This document shows, in pieces, positions 15,311-32,092 of a DNA stretch of 64,000 nt. The number at the start of each line of letters is the position of its first letter. The stretch's first letter is position 1. The notes beneath the pieces were generated by a model. That model ran no database searches, was not told the DNA's origin, and worked only from the letters and a program-made list of their open reading frames with translations. The position numbers were made by a program, and so were the translations under genes. The DNA comes from the human T2T-CHM13v2.0 reference genome, Homo sapiens: NCBI RefSeq assembly GCF_009914755.1, contig NC_060930.1, one strand, 5' to 3'.

Positions 15311-16634
15311 TTTGTGCTCCTCACAGCCATCGTTTATGGGAAAACGCTGTGGCTGAAGTGGGTCATGCAGATGATTACTAAATGGATGTTTTCAAAGCTA
15401 AAGTTGCGGGCATCTTTGCTGACAGTGGAATGTCATTTTGGTACTGGGCGAAGCTATCTGGGTAGACAGAACTTCCAGAGTGATAGGTGGCAAGTTTCAT
15501 AAAATGTCTGAGTTTCTTAGCAATAGTTAAAACATGGTTTAATCAGATGATAATTTTGGTGATTCCCCCTCCCTAGGCTGCAACAGCTTTAATTTTAAGA
15601 GAACTGAGGTAGTGGTCTAATTCCTATTGCAAATGTACGCTTGTGGCTTCTTCGTAATTTGCAGTGAAGAATCTAGAAAAGTGATGGGGAATAATGTCTA
15701 AAAGGCCCGGAACGCTTATAACTCAGCATAAAGCAGCCTATCACAGCTCAATGGCAAATCATCGGTTGAAGTCAAGGGCAAAAGGGCAGGGAATCCAAGG
15801 GCTCCTCTGCCCAAAGCATCGCTTACTTGAGGTTGGCAGCTGGCTGCACAGCAGCCCTTGGCTGCCTTCAAGGACCGGCCAGAGTCAGCATCCTCCACCC
15901 CGCAGCTATGTCAGCGTGGCCCAGACAGTGACTGTGGAGTGGGGAGGCCCTGGCCAGCCAGGCACACATTTCACAGATGAGGCTGAAATGAGAAACTTCA
16001 GGGAGATATTTGCATAAATATATTTCCCATTGTCCAAAAATAAGGCCAGACGGAAACATCTTTCAGTATGTTCCGATGAGAATTACAAAATGTTATACAA
16101 ATCAATTTTTTACAAAGGTTATTATGAGGTTTATTCTGACAGAGGACAAAGCCTTTCCCCCCTTATTAAAACTGTTGCTGACATCACTCTGAGGGAAGTC
16201 TTGGGAAAAACCAAAAATAATATGTAGGTAATATTTTGCAATTTTATCAAATATTTACCAAAGGCTCAGATAAAAGATATCCAGCCACAGGTGAAGGGTG
16301 TTCATCACTGGGAAGTGGGGTTGAGGGGAATGTTTATTTTCTCACTCATATTTTTCCATTTGCTACGGTAGCACATCCTACCTTTATAAACAAAGATATT
16401 TCCCACTGCCTGGCTCTTCTCTTCAGCTTATCGATGATATCACCTGCTTATCTTCGAATGGGTCAGAATCAACAACTACTTACCAAACATACACTGTCCT
16501 TTTTTCTAACCAATTATTTTTCTCCAGTCATCTACAAATAGGTCTTCAAGGCGTATTCCCATACGTTGTACTATGTGTGTATTGTGGGATTGAGTACAGC
16601 AGGGAAGTCATATATTTTAAAATATGGACAACCG

Positions 16635-16938
<304 letters not shown>

Positions 16939-17221
16939 TATAGATAATCGGAAAATTTTAGTGAATTCAGAGGAAGCAGAATAAATTTAAAGCTGAAATT
17001 ATCGAGAAGGTCTTTCTGGAACTGATAGCATGTAAATTGGACTATGCACCGTGCAGGTGAGATGTGAACGTGTTGAAATGGAAGTGAGAGGGAGTCCACT
17101 GAGAAGCAGCAGCAGCAGCATCAGGAAACAAGACATGGAGCTTTGGGTGACGCCAATAACACATGAGCCTGGATGCTGCTGCCACTGAGTGTGGGATCAA
17201 ATTAGAGAAAATTAGAGAAAA

Positions 17222-17722
17222 ATAATATATATTTTTATATATATATAAATTATACATAATTTACTATGTAATATATAATATAAATTATATATTATAATAT
17301 ATATTATATATACAACATATCTTTTATATATATTATAATATACATATTTTATATGTTATATATTATGTAATATATTATATATTAATATATTATATATTAA
17401 TATACTGTAGTATATACTATAATATACTATATATTATATATTATATATAACATATATTATATATGTTATATATAATATATTATATATTATAGTAATATAT
17501 CATATAATATATAATACATTATGTATAACATATATTTATGTATTAAATATAAATATATACAACATACATAATTATATATAAAATATAAATATATAATAAA
17601 ATAATATGTAATATATATTATGTATTGTATATTATATATAATTACATATATAATATATAATATACAATACATAATATATATTATATATAACACATATGTT
17701 AAATTGTATATATATATATATA
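17222..17722. repeat. ~500-bp degenerate (TA)n-rich tract
   Basis: Near-pure A/T with tatata/tattata units, abutting an Alu tail. Confidence 0.95.
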
Positions 17723-18029
17723 TTTTTTAGATGGAGTCTCGCTCTGTCACCCAGGCTGTAGTGCAGTGGTATGAGCTTGGCTCACTGCAACCTCTAACTC
17801 CCAGGTTCAAGCAACTTTCCTGTCTCAGCCTCCTGAGTAGCTGGCACTACAGGCACATGCCAGGACGCCCGGCTAATTTTTTTGTATTTTTAGTAGAGAT
17901 GGGGTTTTGCCATGTTAGCCAGGCTGGTCTCAAACCCCTGACTCAGGTGATCCTCCTGACCTCAGGTGATCCACCGGCCTTGGCCTCCCAAAGTGCTGGG
18001 ATTACAGGTGTGAGCCACCGCGTCCAGCC
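17723..18029 (-). mobile_element. AluS with small internal duplication
   Basis: Reverse Alu; ctcaggtgatcc duplicated at ~17940-17972. Confidence 0.93.
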
Positions 18030-19316
18030 AATAATCAATAAATTTAATAAGAAAAGTAAAAAAGCAGTTTGGATCGATGGCCCAAGGAAGAGACGTAGTG
18101 TACTGAGTGCGAGGAAAAGCATGTCTCCAGTATGTAGTTAAACTGCAGGATAAATCAGTCCTGCCTGGGGGAGAGAAAAAGTAGGGCAGAGGATGGGCAG
18201 GCCAGTCTCCTTCACCCCTGTGCCTGGAGTGAGTAAATTCGTCTCATTTTCCTCATGTCCAAATACTCACATCATGAGATATTACAAAGCTGCCAAGACA
18301 ACACACCTCAGATTTTCTGAAATGGTCTAAATTTCAAATATTCCACTCCACTCTGCCCATAAGTGTTCTAATGTGGAATTTTTGGTCTGGCATACAGAAA
18401 CAACGGCATTCAGACAACAGATTACAAACAATGGAGCGGGTCTGATTTAAACAGGGAGAAGGACATAAAAATGTAGATATTTGCCTTAAAACAAATATTA
18501 ACAAGAACAGGTTTTGATTGTTACATTTTGTAAATTCATCGTGGCTGCAGGAAAGACTCAGTGATTTATGCATTTGAACAGAGAGAGGTATGATGGCAAA
18601 AGGACGGTGATTTTGTCCAGGAGGTAACTGGAGATTCTCAGAAAGGGTCCTCTGACCCTGCTGCTGCAGCTGCGAGTGCTTCAGCTTGGGCTGCGAGGTG
18701 CAAGTTCCCCTGGAGAGAGTGGGATGCCGAGTCATGGAGCCAGCAGCCTAACCTGGCCTGCACATTAAGTGATGAATCAGAGCGTGTGATGCTGACACAC
18801 GGGGCTTTGCTTCCGAATGGTACTTTCTTCCCAAACGAAAGGCAAATTCCTCTACCTCCATTTCACTGCAATGTTATCAATAGCAGACTCTTCCTTTGAC
18901 TTGAGAAAAATAGGAGAACAGGGGTTTCTAAGTTAACATTTCCCTAAAGACCCTGGCTGGGCTTATGCTGCCTCTTTCCAGCAATGCGTCAGGGCACTCC
19001 CCTGGCCGGCCCCGTCCTCGCACCCTCTGTGAGCATGGTCTGCTTCATCCCACTTGCAAGATGTCAAAACGTCACCAGGCTGCAGAGGCTCAGAAGAGAC
19101 TGGCTTCTGAACTGGACTTTTGATTAAATCACGAGAGAAGACTGCTGTGTAGTCTTTTCAAACTGTGTGTTGTGATTCAATAAGAAGTCTAACCTAAATG
19201 GGTTAAGACGGTCTAAATATTTCATATGGTTTTGCTTATTCACTCAAAATAATTATATTTTTAGGCAGAGAGTGGTTTAGAGTCACTGGTGTGTGTGTGT
19301 AAATGTAATAGACATC

Positions 19317-19646
19317 CGTCTATCTATCTATCTATCTATCTATTTATTTATTTATTTTTTTTTTTTTGCGACAGAGTCTTGCTCTGTTCCCCAGGCTGGA
19401 GTGCAGTGGTACCATCTCAGCTCACTGCAACCCTCCGCCTCTTGGGTTCAAGTGAATCTCCTGCCTTAGCCTCCCAAGTAGCTGGGATTACAGGAGCCTG
19501 CCACCACGCCTAATTTTTGTAATTTGAGTAGAGACTGAGTTTCGCCATGTTGGCCAGGCTGGTCTCAAACTCCTGTCCTCAAGTGATCTGCCCACCTCGG
19601 CCTCCCAAAGTGCTGGGATTACAGGCGTGAGCCACCTTGCCCGGCT
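19317..19646 (-). mobile_element. AluS with (TATC)n(TATT)n microsatellite tail
   Basis: Reverse Alu with simple-repeat tail at 19317-19367. Confidence 0.93.
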
Positions 19647-19964
19647 CATCTATGTATTTCTTACATAGGACAAAAGCACTAAGGCACAGCGTTAGGGAAA
19701 CACCTCATGCTGCCTGTATAAACCCCTGCTCTCAGAAAGTTGTGTGCTGCAAGATGGGCAAGACGGTGCACTGTGCTGGAATACTGGTTTCTGGCTGGTT
19801 CTCTACTTAACAAGTAAGGCAGTGAGTCATCTGATCCTCACCTTCAGGGGAACTGTTCATCGCTATTGTCTTTAAAGGCAGATGTCCGAAGTTGCCCAGC
19901 ACCCAGTGTCTAGATCTAGTGAGAGGGATTTAGAGGAGTCTTTCCAAAGGAGACAGGACGGAAG

Positions 19965-20166
19965 CAGCGTTGTGCTGGAGGCGGCTGCACTGGCTCTAGA
20001 GCCAACTGTGTCTTTCCTTCCCAAGTCTGTACTCAGTGAGGAGACACTGGTAGCTTGAAGCTGGCCCAGATGGGTGTATTTACACCACAGAAATTGGCAG
20101 CAACTGCAAAGTGGGCTCTTTTGTTTACCTCGGAGATCTGCTTGCTAAACTTTCACCAATTGTTGG
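19965..20166 (-). mobile_element. MER63A (hAT-Blackjack MITE)
   Basis: cagcgttgtgctggag end; tggtagcttgaa..gtatttacaccacagaaattggca core. Confidence 0.8.
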
Positions 20167-21010
20167 ATGAAAGCTAGTTCTGAGTCAAAAAGATGAATAT
20201 GTCTTGACCAAGGAGACAGAAGTCAAACTTCGCGAAGGCAAAGAAAAGAGGGTGGGACCTTCGTTTCTGAGCTGACAGCCGCCATCTACCTCCATGCAGC
20301 CTCTGATGGGAGGAAAATTGTTGTTTTTAGGGTGAATGAACATCAAATATTATTTGTTGGGTTGCCAACCAATTTAGAGTCAGAAATACAGGGAAAGACA
20401 GAGGACATGAGCTCGTATTTTATTCCTAACAAAACCTACAAAACACAGTGCTTTGGATTTGTGGTCAAAAGGGCTGATGAATATTTTGCCTCAGAATGAA
20501 ACAGATATACCCACTTAAGTATGAGGAAAGAGATAAAGAAAGTGTGCAGGGAGGAGCCTGGGAACACAGAGAACTTTCTTTTTTTCTTTTTCTTTTTTTT
20601 TTTTTAATGGTCCCTTTTATTGTATGTATGCGCAGTGCTGGCCTGGCTTTGCAATGCAAGTCCTCAGTTAAGATATAGTCAAATAACTATGGCTGCAGTT
20701 TCGTCTGCAGGATCCACAATTCAGATACAAACAGGGAGCTGGGGTGGGCAGGAGAAACAGGAGGGAAGCAGAGTGCAGACTGTCCCCAGCACTGGCCTCT
20801 TCACACAGGGTTGGCCCAGGCAGACACACCCCATGGAATGATGAGGAAATGACAACATGGTCCCTTCCCACAGTGAGCCTGGGGCTGCTAGGAAACTGCC
20901 CTTCAGAACCTTTGTGCCCAGGTTGTCTTGGAGCCCAACAACTTTTTATTTGGATTAATTAAAAAATAATAAGTTAAAATTAAGCAACAGCTGGGTCCTG
21001 AGGATGCTGA

Positions 21011-21404
<394 letters not shown>

Positions 21405-22468
21405 TCAAATTTGTTTTTAAAAACACATTCCCTGTGAGGTAAGACCGCAGGGGGTGGGCCTCTGTGAAAGCCTGAACTTGGGATGTGCCAAGTCGCAGAT
21501 TCAGCCAACACCATCTCTGTATCCTCTTGGGAAACAGGGACTGGGGATGGGGGTGTGGGTCAAGAAGAGCGTGTGGCCAGCAAGATGGGGTTGTGCAGAG
21601 GCCGAGCTGCAGAGACAGACCTTGAGATGCAGAGGACAAAAGGCAAGGGAATGGGAGGTCTGATGTGGGGGGAGTCAGGATAGGACTGCAGCCGTGGAGG
21701 TCAAGGTGTGGATGGCTCTGCTGCTGCATTCTTCCCCTCCCAATTTCTGATTGACATTCTAATTTTTAACTCTTACACGGACTTAAATTTTGTTTAATGC
21801 TTAGCTACATCTCCATCTGCGAAGTTTGGTCCCCACCTTGAATATCCACCACGTAAAATAAAGAAACAGGAGCCTGGGCGGTATTTTCACCTCGTCTCCC
21901 TCCACTTCCCAGCTTTTTTTCAACTATACCATTATTGTTACATTTTCAAGATTTGTTACATTTACGTTTTATTCTGTTAACAACCATGATTACATGCCTT
22001 GCCTCTGAGTGGATGCTGGAAGTGAAATAGACACACTCGTGACACTAACTAACTACGTTTGCTGGCTGGAGCCTGAAGGTACAGTCTCATTCTTGTGTTC
22101 CTAAACCTGGGTCAACCCAGGAGGAATTTTCTGAAATTCAGATCAAACGAATAATTATTCCTTACACTAACTTTGAAAAATCTTTTTGCTGTATGTCTAT
22201 GGACAGGTTTCTGGTGTAGACTTTTGCTTTTCCTGAGTGTCAAAGCTGCCTTTCCTTCTTCTTGTTGACAGAAGCAACACAGGGATTCCCCACGGGAGTG
22301 CTCAGCTCTCCCAGCTCATTCAGTGTCTCGTTAACTGACTGCTCTAAGTTGACTCCTTCCTTTTCAGATCCGCTTCCAAGCTGTCTTTCTGGAATTTTCT
22401 TACTGAATCCCCTGCCTTCCTTTATCTTGGGTTTTATTTATATATATATTTTTTTAAAGTACATTTTC

Positions 22469-22923
<455 letters not shown>

Positions 22924-23403
22924 GGGAATTCTTTTCATTCATTCTGAATTGCATGTGTCTTCCACATTGTTGAGTTTCCTTGTCCTTTACTGCAGTCCAT
23001 ATCATATAATAATATCATGGTATATTTTTTGAAAAGTTGCATGGAAGATAACAATTTCTGGATGCTCCATGTCTGAATGTGTCTTAACTCGTTTACACAT
23101 TTGATAAGAACTGGAATAGGTACAGGAATCCATGTTGAAAGAAACTTCTTCTCAGAACCTTGCTGACATTTGCCCAGCTTCCACCATCAGCATCAGAGGG
23201 CTGACAGCAAGCTCTGTGCCTGGCACAGGACATGGCTTCTCATTGCTGTAGCTTAAGGGACCTCTCTGGCCAAGGAGAAGCCACTCGACTCTGGGACTCC
23301 ATCTAGCTTTCTCTTGGTTAGATGATTTCCAGTAGCTTCTTTTGCTATTAATTTTGTGAGTATTTTTACAACCTTCTAGGGATCAGGGTGAGTTATACCC
23401 AAG

Positions 23404-23900
23404 TGTATTAGTCAGGGTTCTCAAGAGGGACAAATCTAATAGAACATACATATATATATATATATGTATATATGAGTTTATTTAGTAGTATTGACTCACA
23501 AGATCACAAGATAAGGAGCAAGGAAGCCAGTCCTAGTCACAAAACCTCAAAAGTAGGGAAGTGACAGTCTAGCCTTCAGTCTGTGGTTTAAGGTCCAAAA
23601 GCCCCGAAGCTGAAGAACTTGGAGTCTGATGTTCGATGCCAGAAAGTTTCCAGCACGGGAGAAAGATGAAGGCCGGAAGACTCAGCCAGTCTAGTCCATC
23701 CACGCTCTTCTGCCTGCTTTTATTCTGGCTACACTGGCAGCTGATTAGATGGTGCCCACCCAGATTGAGGGTGGGTCTGCCTCTCCCAGTCCACTGACTC
23801 AAATGTTTATCTCCTTTGGGAACACCCTCACAGACACACCAGGAATGATACTTTGCATCCTTCAGTCCAATCAAGTTGACACTCAATGTTAACCATCACA
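23404..23900 (-). mobile_element. MLT2A (ERVL) solo LTR with internal (TA)n
   Basis: Ends tgtattagtcagggttctc ... caatcaagttgacactcaatgttaaccatcaca. Confidence 0.9.
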
Positions 23901-24585
23901 CCAGATATTCCTCTGAGATGTGAAATTTTCAGTACTATTCCTATGGCTTTGTTCTTTTCTCTGCCCTTATGGATAAAGGATACACTTCTGTATTTCATTT
24001 TGGAGAACATTATTTCATGCTGGTTCTAGATGAATTTCACTGGTTTACAAGAAACTTCACTGTTCTTTGAATAAAAATAAGGCAAAATCGTCAAGGGTTT
24101 TGAGACTATTTGGAAAAAAAAAGCTCGAAAAGAATGGGATGCACAAACTAGTTATTGTTGAGGCAAACAGCATCTCAACTCCTATTACACCTTAAAAATT
24201 ATTTCCGCAACATAACCACACTTGCAAATCTCTTCATTTTTACACATATATACACATATTCTATATTAGCACTGAATTTTGCTAACAGCTCACATTTGCC
24301 AAGTTATTCTAACTTGTCTTATTTATGTTCAAGTTTTCATCTTTCCCCTACTGCTTGAAATAAAACTTTGTGTCATTGATTTATTTTTGTGAATGTGCAC
24401 TGGGGACGTAAGAGAGGAAAATAGCAGGAGAAGTGTAAACAATGGCATGAAAGTGACGTAAGACGTGAGCCAGGATGGTCTGTAGAGTTCGGACTGTATT
24501 TGCTGAGATCGAAAGGACCAAACAGCGCTCTCAGCAAAGGTGCAAACTTAAGAAGGCTGCAATTATTAGAACATAAAGAATTTCC

Positions 24586-24905
<320 letters not shown>

Positions 24906-25960
24906 GAACATAAGGAATTTTCCAGGAAAGTGAAACTCAAAACTTGACATTTGTGAAATAAATGTGAACAGCAGTATTCAATCAATTTAGCTCGGAACCG
25001 TCAATGACCTGGGGAGCACGTGAGAGTCAGTGGGGCAGATTTCCGGTACATGGACGATACCTAGAGAGGTCCTAGTCTGAAAGAATCTTCCGGATGGAAA
25101 CAGGGCATCTTGTTTATACAAGCCCAGGTCTCTCACAGCAAATTCAACTGTATGTTCCTTCTCCTCTCCTGCCAGATTGCCAGTTACTTTGAGGGGAGGA
25201 ATATCTTCTAAATTTTCTGAACCTCCTGGAATTTGACATATCGACTGTATTCTGGATATTTAATGAATTCTGTTTGATGACACAGGTAGAGTAAAATGGT
25301 CTTAAATCATTTTGACAGAGGTAAAAAACATTTTATTCCACACTTTACTTATTCTTTTTCTGCCTGAAGTGATTACAAGAAAAAAAAACGAATAGTTTAA
25401 TTTAAAATCCAGATTGGTATGTAATTATCACAAAATCAGTGAAGTTCTTTTCAATGAAAAAAAAAAACACCAGTTCTATAATTTGGACAGACAAAATTTA
25501 GCAATAACAAAATTAAAGGTACAACCCTTAATCTATTAATTATTTAAAAATGCATCTCGAACTATTTTTCTTTTTATTTATCCCTTGTATCAATAGACAT
25601 TTAATTGGCAAACAAGAACATGGAAAAATATAAACTGTAACTCACTGTAATAAACTCTAAATCAATACAAAGAGTCTAAAATGTGTTTTGACGTCCAAAT
25701 GTAGCTACAGCCACTGTGTCCTGTGTTCTATAACACAGAGAAATAATACAAAATGATTAAAAAAATAAAATAAATTGAAGAGAGGCCTGTAATGTAAGGG
25801 GCGCTGTGTCACTCTCAGGCAGCAACGTGAGCCAGTGAGTCAATGCACGAGGCTCTCCTGTTTGTTGGTACTTCCTGTTCTTTCTTTATAAAATACATGG
25901 AGAACTAAATCCGCAGGATGCTCACACAAATGATTCATAGAGAAAGCTTAAAAGAATCTC

Positions 25961-26240
25961 ACGTTGTTAATGAGCATCACAATAGGCTCTGCTCATGAGA
26001 AGGCATTTTGTTTCCGCAGAAATGTTTTTTCTTACTCTGTCCTGATTTTGATTTCTGTTTAAATTCAGTAAACACATTACCAAAATTTAAAGAAGGTGAC
26101 TTGTTTTCCCCAACTCTCAGTTCACCAAAGGTATTTCATCTATTTGTTCTGAAAATGCAGCTGCTCTCTAGATGTATGTGTGCCCTGATAAGAAATGTTT
26201 TGTGTAACAATAAAAATCATTTCTTTTGATTAAAAAAAAA
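25961..26240 (+). pseudogene. 5'-truncated processed retrocopy (3'UTR only) of an unidentified mRNA
   Basis: AATAAA 26209-26214, A-run from 26232, TSD aaaagaatctc (25950-25960 and 26237-26247) at a TT|AAAA L1 endonuclease site; no repeat similarity recognised. Confidence 0.8.
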
Positions 26241-26384
26241 GAATCTCCAGTCGTTTACACTGGAAAACGAGAGAGAGCGCTTGCATACTTTCTTCACATA
26301 TATTAATGGTGGGAAGAAAATGGATGTAGAGTAATAGGGCCTGAGGAACTCATAGAAGGAACCGGACATGTATGAAAAGATGAT

Positions 26385-26402
26385 GACTGCCAGGTGGCAC
26401 TG
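26385..26402 (+). promoter_or_regulatory. CTCF-like motif
   Basis: gaCTGCCAGGTGGCACTG, one mismatch to the CCRSYAGRKGGCRSY core. Confidence 0.4.
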
Positions 26403-26697
26403 ACGCAGCCTCCAGCCCCTCTATCTTAGGCTTTCGGGACATGTGCTCTCTTGCTTCCGCTGGACAGTGTCTCAATACTTTCCTCCCTAAAAGCAGGTTT
26501 TACCCTGGTCAGAGGTGCTCTTGAGGCCCAAAGAAGAGATTTCCACAAATAGTCTATAAGAGCATGTACATACTATAACTGCTTGATAAGTGAATGAATG
26601 GATGACTAAATGGAGTCAATGCTTTCATGACCTAACGTTGTGGTTATGGGTGTCACTATTCTCTTGGCAATAGTGCAATAGTGAAATAGTAAAATAG

Positions 26698-27876
<1,179 letters not shown>

Positions 27877-28582
27877 TATTTAAATAGAAAATGGACTTTC
27901 TTTTACTAAGGAGAATGGTATTTTCATTTGTCTCATTTTTGGAGGGAAACTCTAGAGAAGAAGCCAAGACATGCCCACTGTCCCTCTCCCATCCTATGGA
28001 GGCTGCCCAGTGCCAAAGAGGAAGTGGTCACTCTGGTCACTCATATACACACAGCTGGCACAATTGTCACAGTCGCTCCCCTTTGTGACAGGCTGGTGGA
28101 ATGACTTACAGTTCAGCCCACCAAATATAATACAGATGAATTTAGTCATTCAGCCTCATGAGGTCACACTTTTACTGTTTTCAACAAAGCTTAAACCCCC
28201 TTCCCACATTCTGTAGAAAAAAAAGTGATGACTTCCGGGGTTGTTTTCTAGGCCATTTCTATCAGAACTCCTGCAACTCGCCAGATATTTCAACTCTTCG
28301 GAAAGCCACCTTGTGTCCATTTTATGTCCCCCAACCCTGGATAATGTCTCTGTTTTCCATGTACCTAAAAACATTGCAAAAAAATCTGCTATTCAACATA
28401 TCTTGGTGTTATTGTCACTGGAGGAAAATGGAAGGAGAAAAGCAAACAGAGAGTATGGAAATAAATACCCGTCAGTATAGAAATGTAGTATATCATAAAA
28501 ATGGCACTTCAAACCAGTGGGAAGCAATGGGTCATTCCGTAATACAGTACTGGAACAGGTTAATAAAAAATTACAAAGTTTA

Positions 28583-29101
<519 letters not shown>

Positions 29102-29142
29102 CTATTTCTATGGCAACGTAACAAAAGCAGAAATAATCTTCT

Positions 29143-30022
29143 TGTAGTCTGCTCTACTGGTGGTCACCAGTAAACCATTCTTGGCAAAAGGCATGCCCCT
29201 GTACCCCCCCACCCTCGTGAATCTGAGCTGGGCCTGTGACTGGCCTTCACCAAGAGAATGTGACGGACGCTTCAGAACTTGGCCTCAGGAGTGCTGGTAG
29301 GTCCTGCATTTGCACTCCTGGACACCCCTGAACTAAGAAGTACAGCTGCAAGAAGAACACAGCACGTGGAGAGGTGGTATGGAGGGGCCACGTGGAGATA
29401 GAGAGCCCTGGAGGCTACATGGAGAAGAGCACAGAACCCAGCTGACCCAAGAACTGAGGCCCCAGGACTACAGCCCCAGTCAAGCCATTCCAGTTGGCTG
29501 CCAGCCATCCTCACCTCCTAGCTGAGCTCCAGACACCTAAGCAGATGAGGTCTCTGAGACACCACATCTCCAGCAGAACTCATACAGGAAGAGCACCACA
29601 CTGTCCTCATGGGGCCCTTTCCAAATTCATAACCCTCAGAATTTTAAAAAGTAATATGTTATTTTGTTTTAAAGACATGGGATAGGCCGGGTGCGGTGGC
29701 TCATGCCTATAATCCCAGCAGTTTGGGTGGACGAGGCGGGTGGATCACCTGAAGTCAGGACTTTGAGACCAGCCTGGCCAACATGGTGAAACCCCATCTC
29801 TACTAAAAATACAAAAAATTAGCCTGGCATGGTAGCAGGCACCTGTAATCCTCCCAGGGAGGCTGAGGCAGGAGAATTGCCCAGAGGCGGAGGCTGCAGT
29901 GAGCTGAGATCACACCACTGCACTCCAGCCTGGGCAACACGAGCAAAACTCCATCTCAGGAAAAAAAAAAAAAAAAAAAAGACATGGGATAATGTATAAT
30001 GTGGCAATAGATAGCTGGAACA
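29143..30022 (+). mobile_element. MLT1G/H-type MaLR LTR split by an Alu
   Basis: gaatctgagctgggcctgtgact; end gtggcaatagatagctggaaca. Confidence 0.75.
29685..29980 (+). mobile_element. AluS
   Basis: TSD aaagacatgggata. Confidence 0.93.
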
Positions 30023-30506
30023 CCCAATAGTCAAACTCAAAAGAAAATCAGCAAACTGGGAAAAGACTAAGCAATACATATGCCAAGAGACTAACGTCTT
30101 AAATATGAAAAAAGAGCTTATGTGTAAATAAGAAAAAAGTCAACTCAATACAATAGGACTCAAAACTTACTGCAAAGAACAAAAACATAAGTGGTCAAAA
30201 ATCATTTGAAATATGTTCAAGCTCACTCAATCTTATTGAAAAACTGAGTAATATTCTTTTACTTGCCTATTGGATTGGAAGATATTTAAAAGTTTAACAA
30301 TGAATAAAATTAAATTAAGTGAAATAAAATAAAATAAAAAGCAATAACCAGAATGGAGGTGATGTGAGGCTCATGAACCACTTGTTGAGAGCAATCATTG
30401 TTTACAAAAAACCTACTATGTCTATTTATTCATTGACCCAGCAATATAATTTCTAACAATATATCTTATAAACATGATATACTCAAGGATACAGCGATAC
30501 ATGAAC

Positions 30507-30875
30507 TGTTATGGACTGAATGCTTGTGTCTCCCCCAAATTCATATGTTGAAACCATTACCTCCAATGTCATGGTATTTGTAGGTGGAGCGTCTGGGAGG
30601 TAATTAGATCTATATGAAGTCATGAAAGCAGAGAACCCTTATGGGATTTGTGTCCTTATGAGAAGAGGAGAAACCAGAGCTCACTCTCTGTCATGTAAGG
30701 ACAGCAAGAAGGCAGCTGTCAATAAACCACGAAGAGAGCCCTCACCAGGTTTCCAATCGGCTGGAGCCTTCGACTTGGACTTCATACCCTCCAGAATTGT
30801 GAAAAATAAATTTCTATTGTTCAAGCCACTCGGTCTATGGTATTTTGTTAAGGCAGCCAAAGCAGACTAAGGCTA
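30507..30875 (+). mobile_element. MLT1A-type solo LTR
   Basis: tgttatggactgaatg..cccaaattcatatgttgaa ... gcagccaaagcagactaag. Confidence 0.85.
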
Positions 30876-31791
30876 GAACAAAGATGCTCATGAAGCATCA
30901 TTTGTAATATCTTAAATGTTGGAAAATTCTACATGTCTACCCTTAACAACCTCATTCAATAATTTGCAACACAGCTATACAACGTAACACTGTAAAGCTT
31001 TTTATCAGAATAAGGTAGTATTATATATACTGATCTCTGAGGATGTCTAGATATTGGTAAAGTGAAAAAAAGAATAAGCTGTAAAGTAGAATTTACTGTA
31101 GGATTCTATTTGTGACCTTTTATGAAAAAGATATAGGCACATGTATATTACACACTTGTAGGCATGCATACTTCTATATTATATTTCTAAGTACACATTG
31201 GGAGCTATTCATGGTGATTATCTCTGAGGATAGGGAGTATTAGAATGGCCAACTTGGTATGAATAGGGAATAAAGAAGACTTACTTTTTATACTACACCC
31301 ATCTGCACTGTTTTTTTTAACGTGAAACATGTAACTTTTATTAAAAAGAAAAAAAAATTGTGAAATGCTTCATAGTCCTTTGTGTCAAGAGCTCTGCCAT
31401 AACCCAAAGCACAAAACCTAGGAGGTCTGTTGATCTTAATCTACACTTTGGCCTCATACATGGATATAGCGTGTTGGTTGGTACCATGCAAACACTGTCC
31501 CTCCTTTCTGGGTTGGAGAGGAATCAGGAGTGTTTGGAGAAAAAGAAAAGCACATCCCCTGAACTGGCAAGCGATACTCATGACCATCAGCAGCCACAGG
31601 CTCCATTAACAAGCAGGAGAGGGATGTTTCCCTGGTCTCACCAGCAATAAATGTGTCTATGGGGAAGCAAAGTTTCTAAGAAGTGCTTAAGGAACTCTAG
31701 GCATTCCTAGACAGCCCAGGCTCTGAATTTAGATGGGAGAAAAGTAGGCAGATATCACTGAAAATCATGTTGTTTTAAAATGTTCTTTTTT

Positions 31792-32092
31792 GCGTTGGGT
31801 GCGGTGGCTCATGCCTGTAATCTCAGCACTTTGGGAGGCTGAGACAGGTGGATCACCTGAGGTCAGGAGTTCAAGACCAGCCTGGCCAACATGGTGAAAC
31901 CCCGTCTCTACTAAAAATACAAAAAATTAGCTGGGCGTGGTGGTGTATGCCTGTAGTCCCAGCTACTTGGGAGGCTGAGGCACCAGAATTATTTGAACCC
32001 AGGAGGTGGAGGTTGCAGTGAGCCGAGGTTGTGCCCTGCACTCCAGCCTGGGTGACAGAGTGAGACTCTGTTTAAAAATAAAATAAAATAAG
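31792..32092 (+). mobile_element. AluSx-like
   Basis: Full Alu; TSD taa(a/g)atgttctttt. Confidence 0.93.

Noticed and set aside
15694-16017. 107-aa GC-rich ORF
   Set aside because: No recognisable domain or exon structure, and it ends in MIR-like sequence.
25300-25763. Apparent inverted ends (aatcattttg / caaaatgatt) suggesting a MITE
   Set aside because: Only ~10 bp of AT-rich match with no TSD; likely chance.
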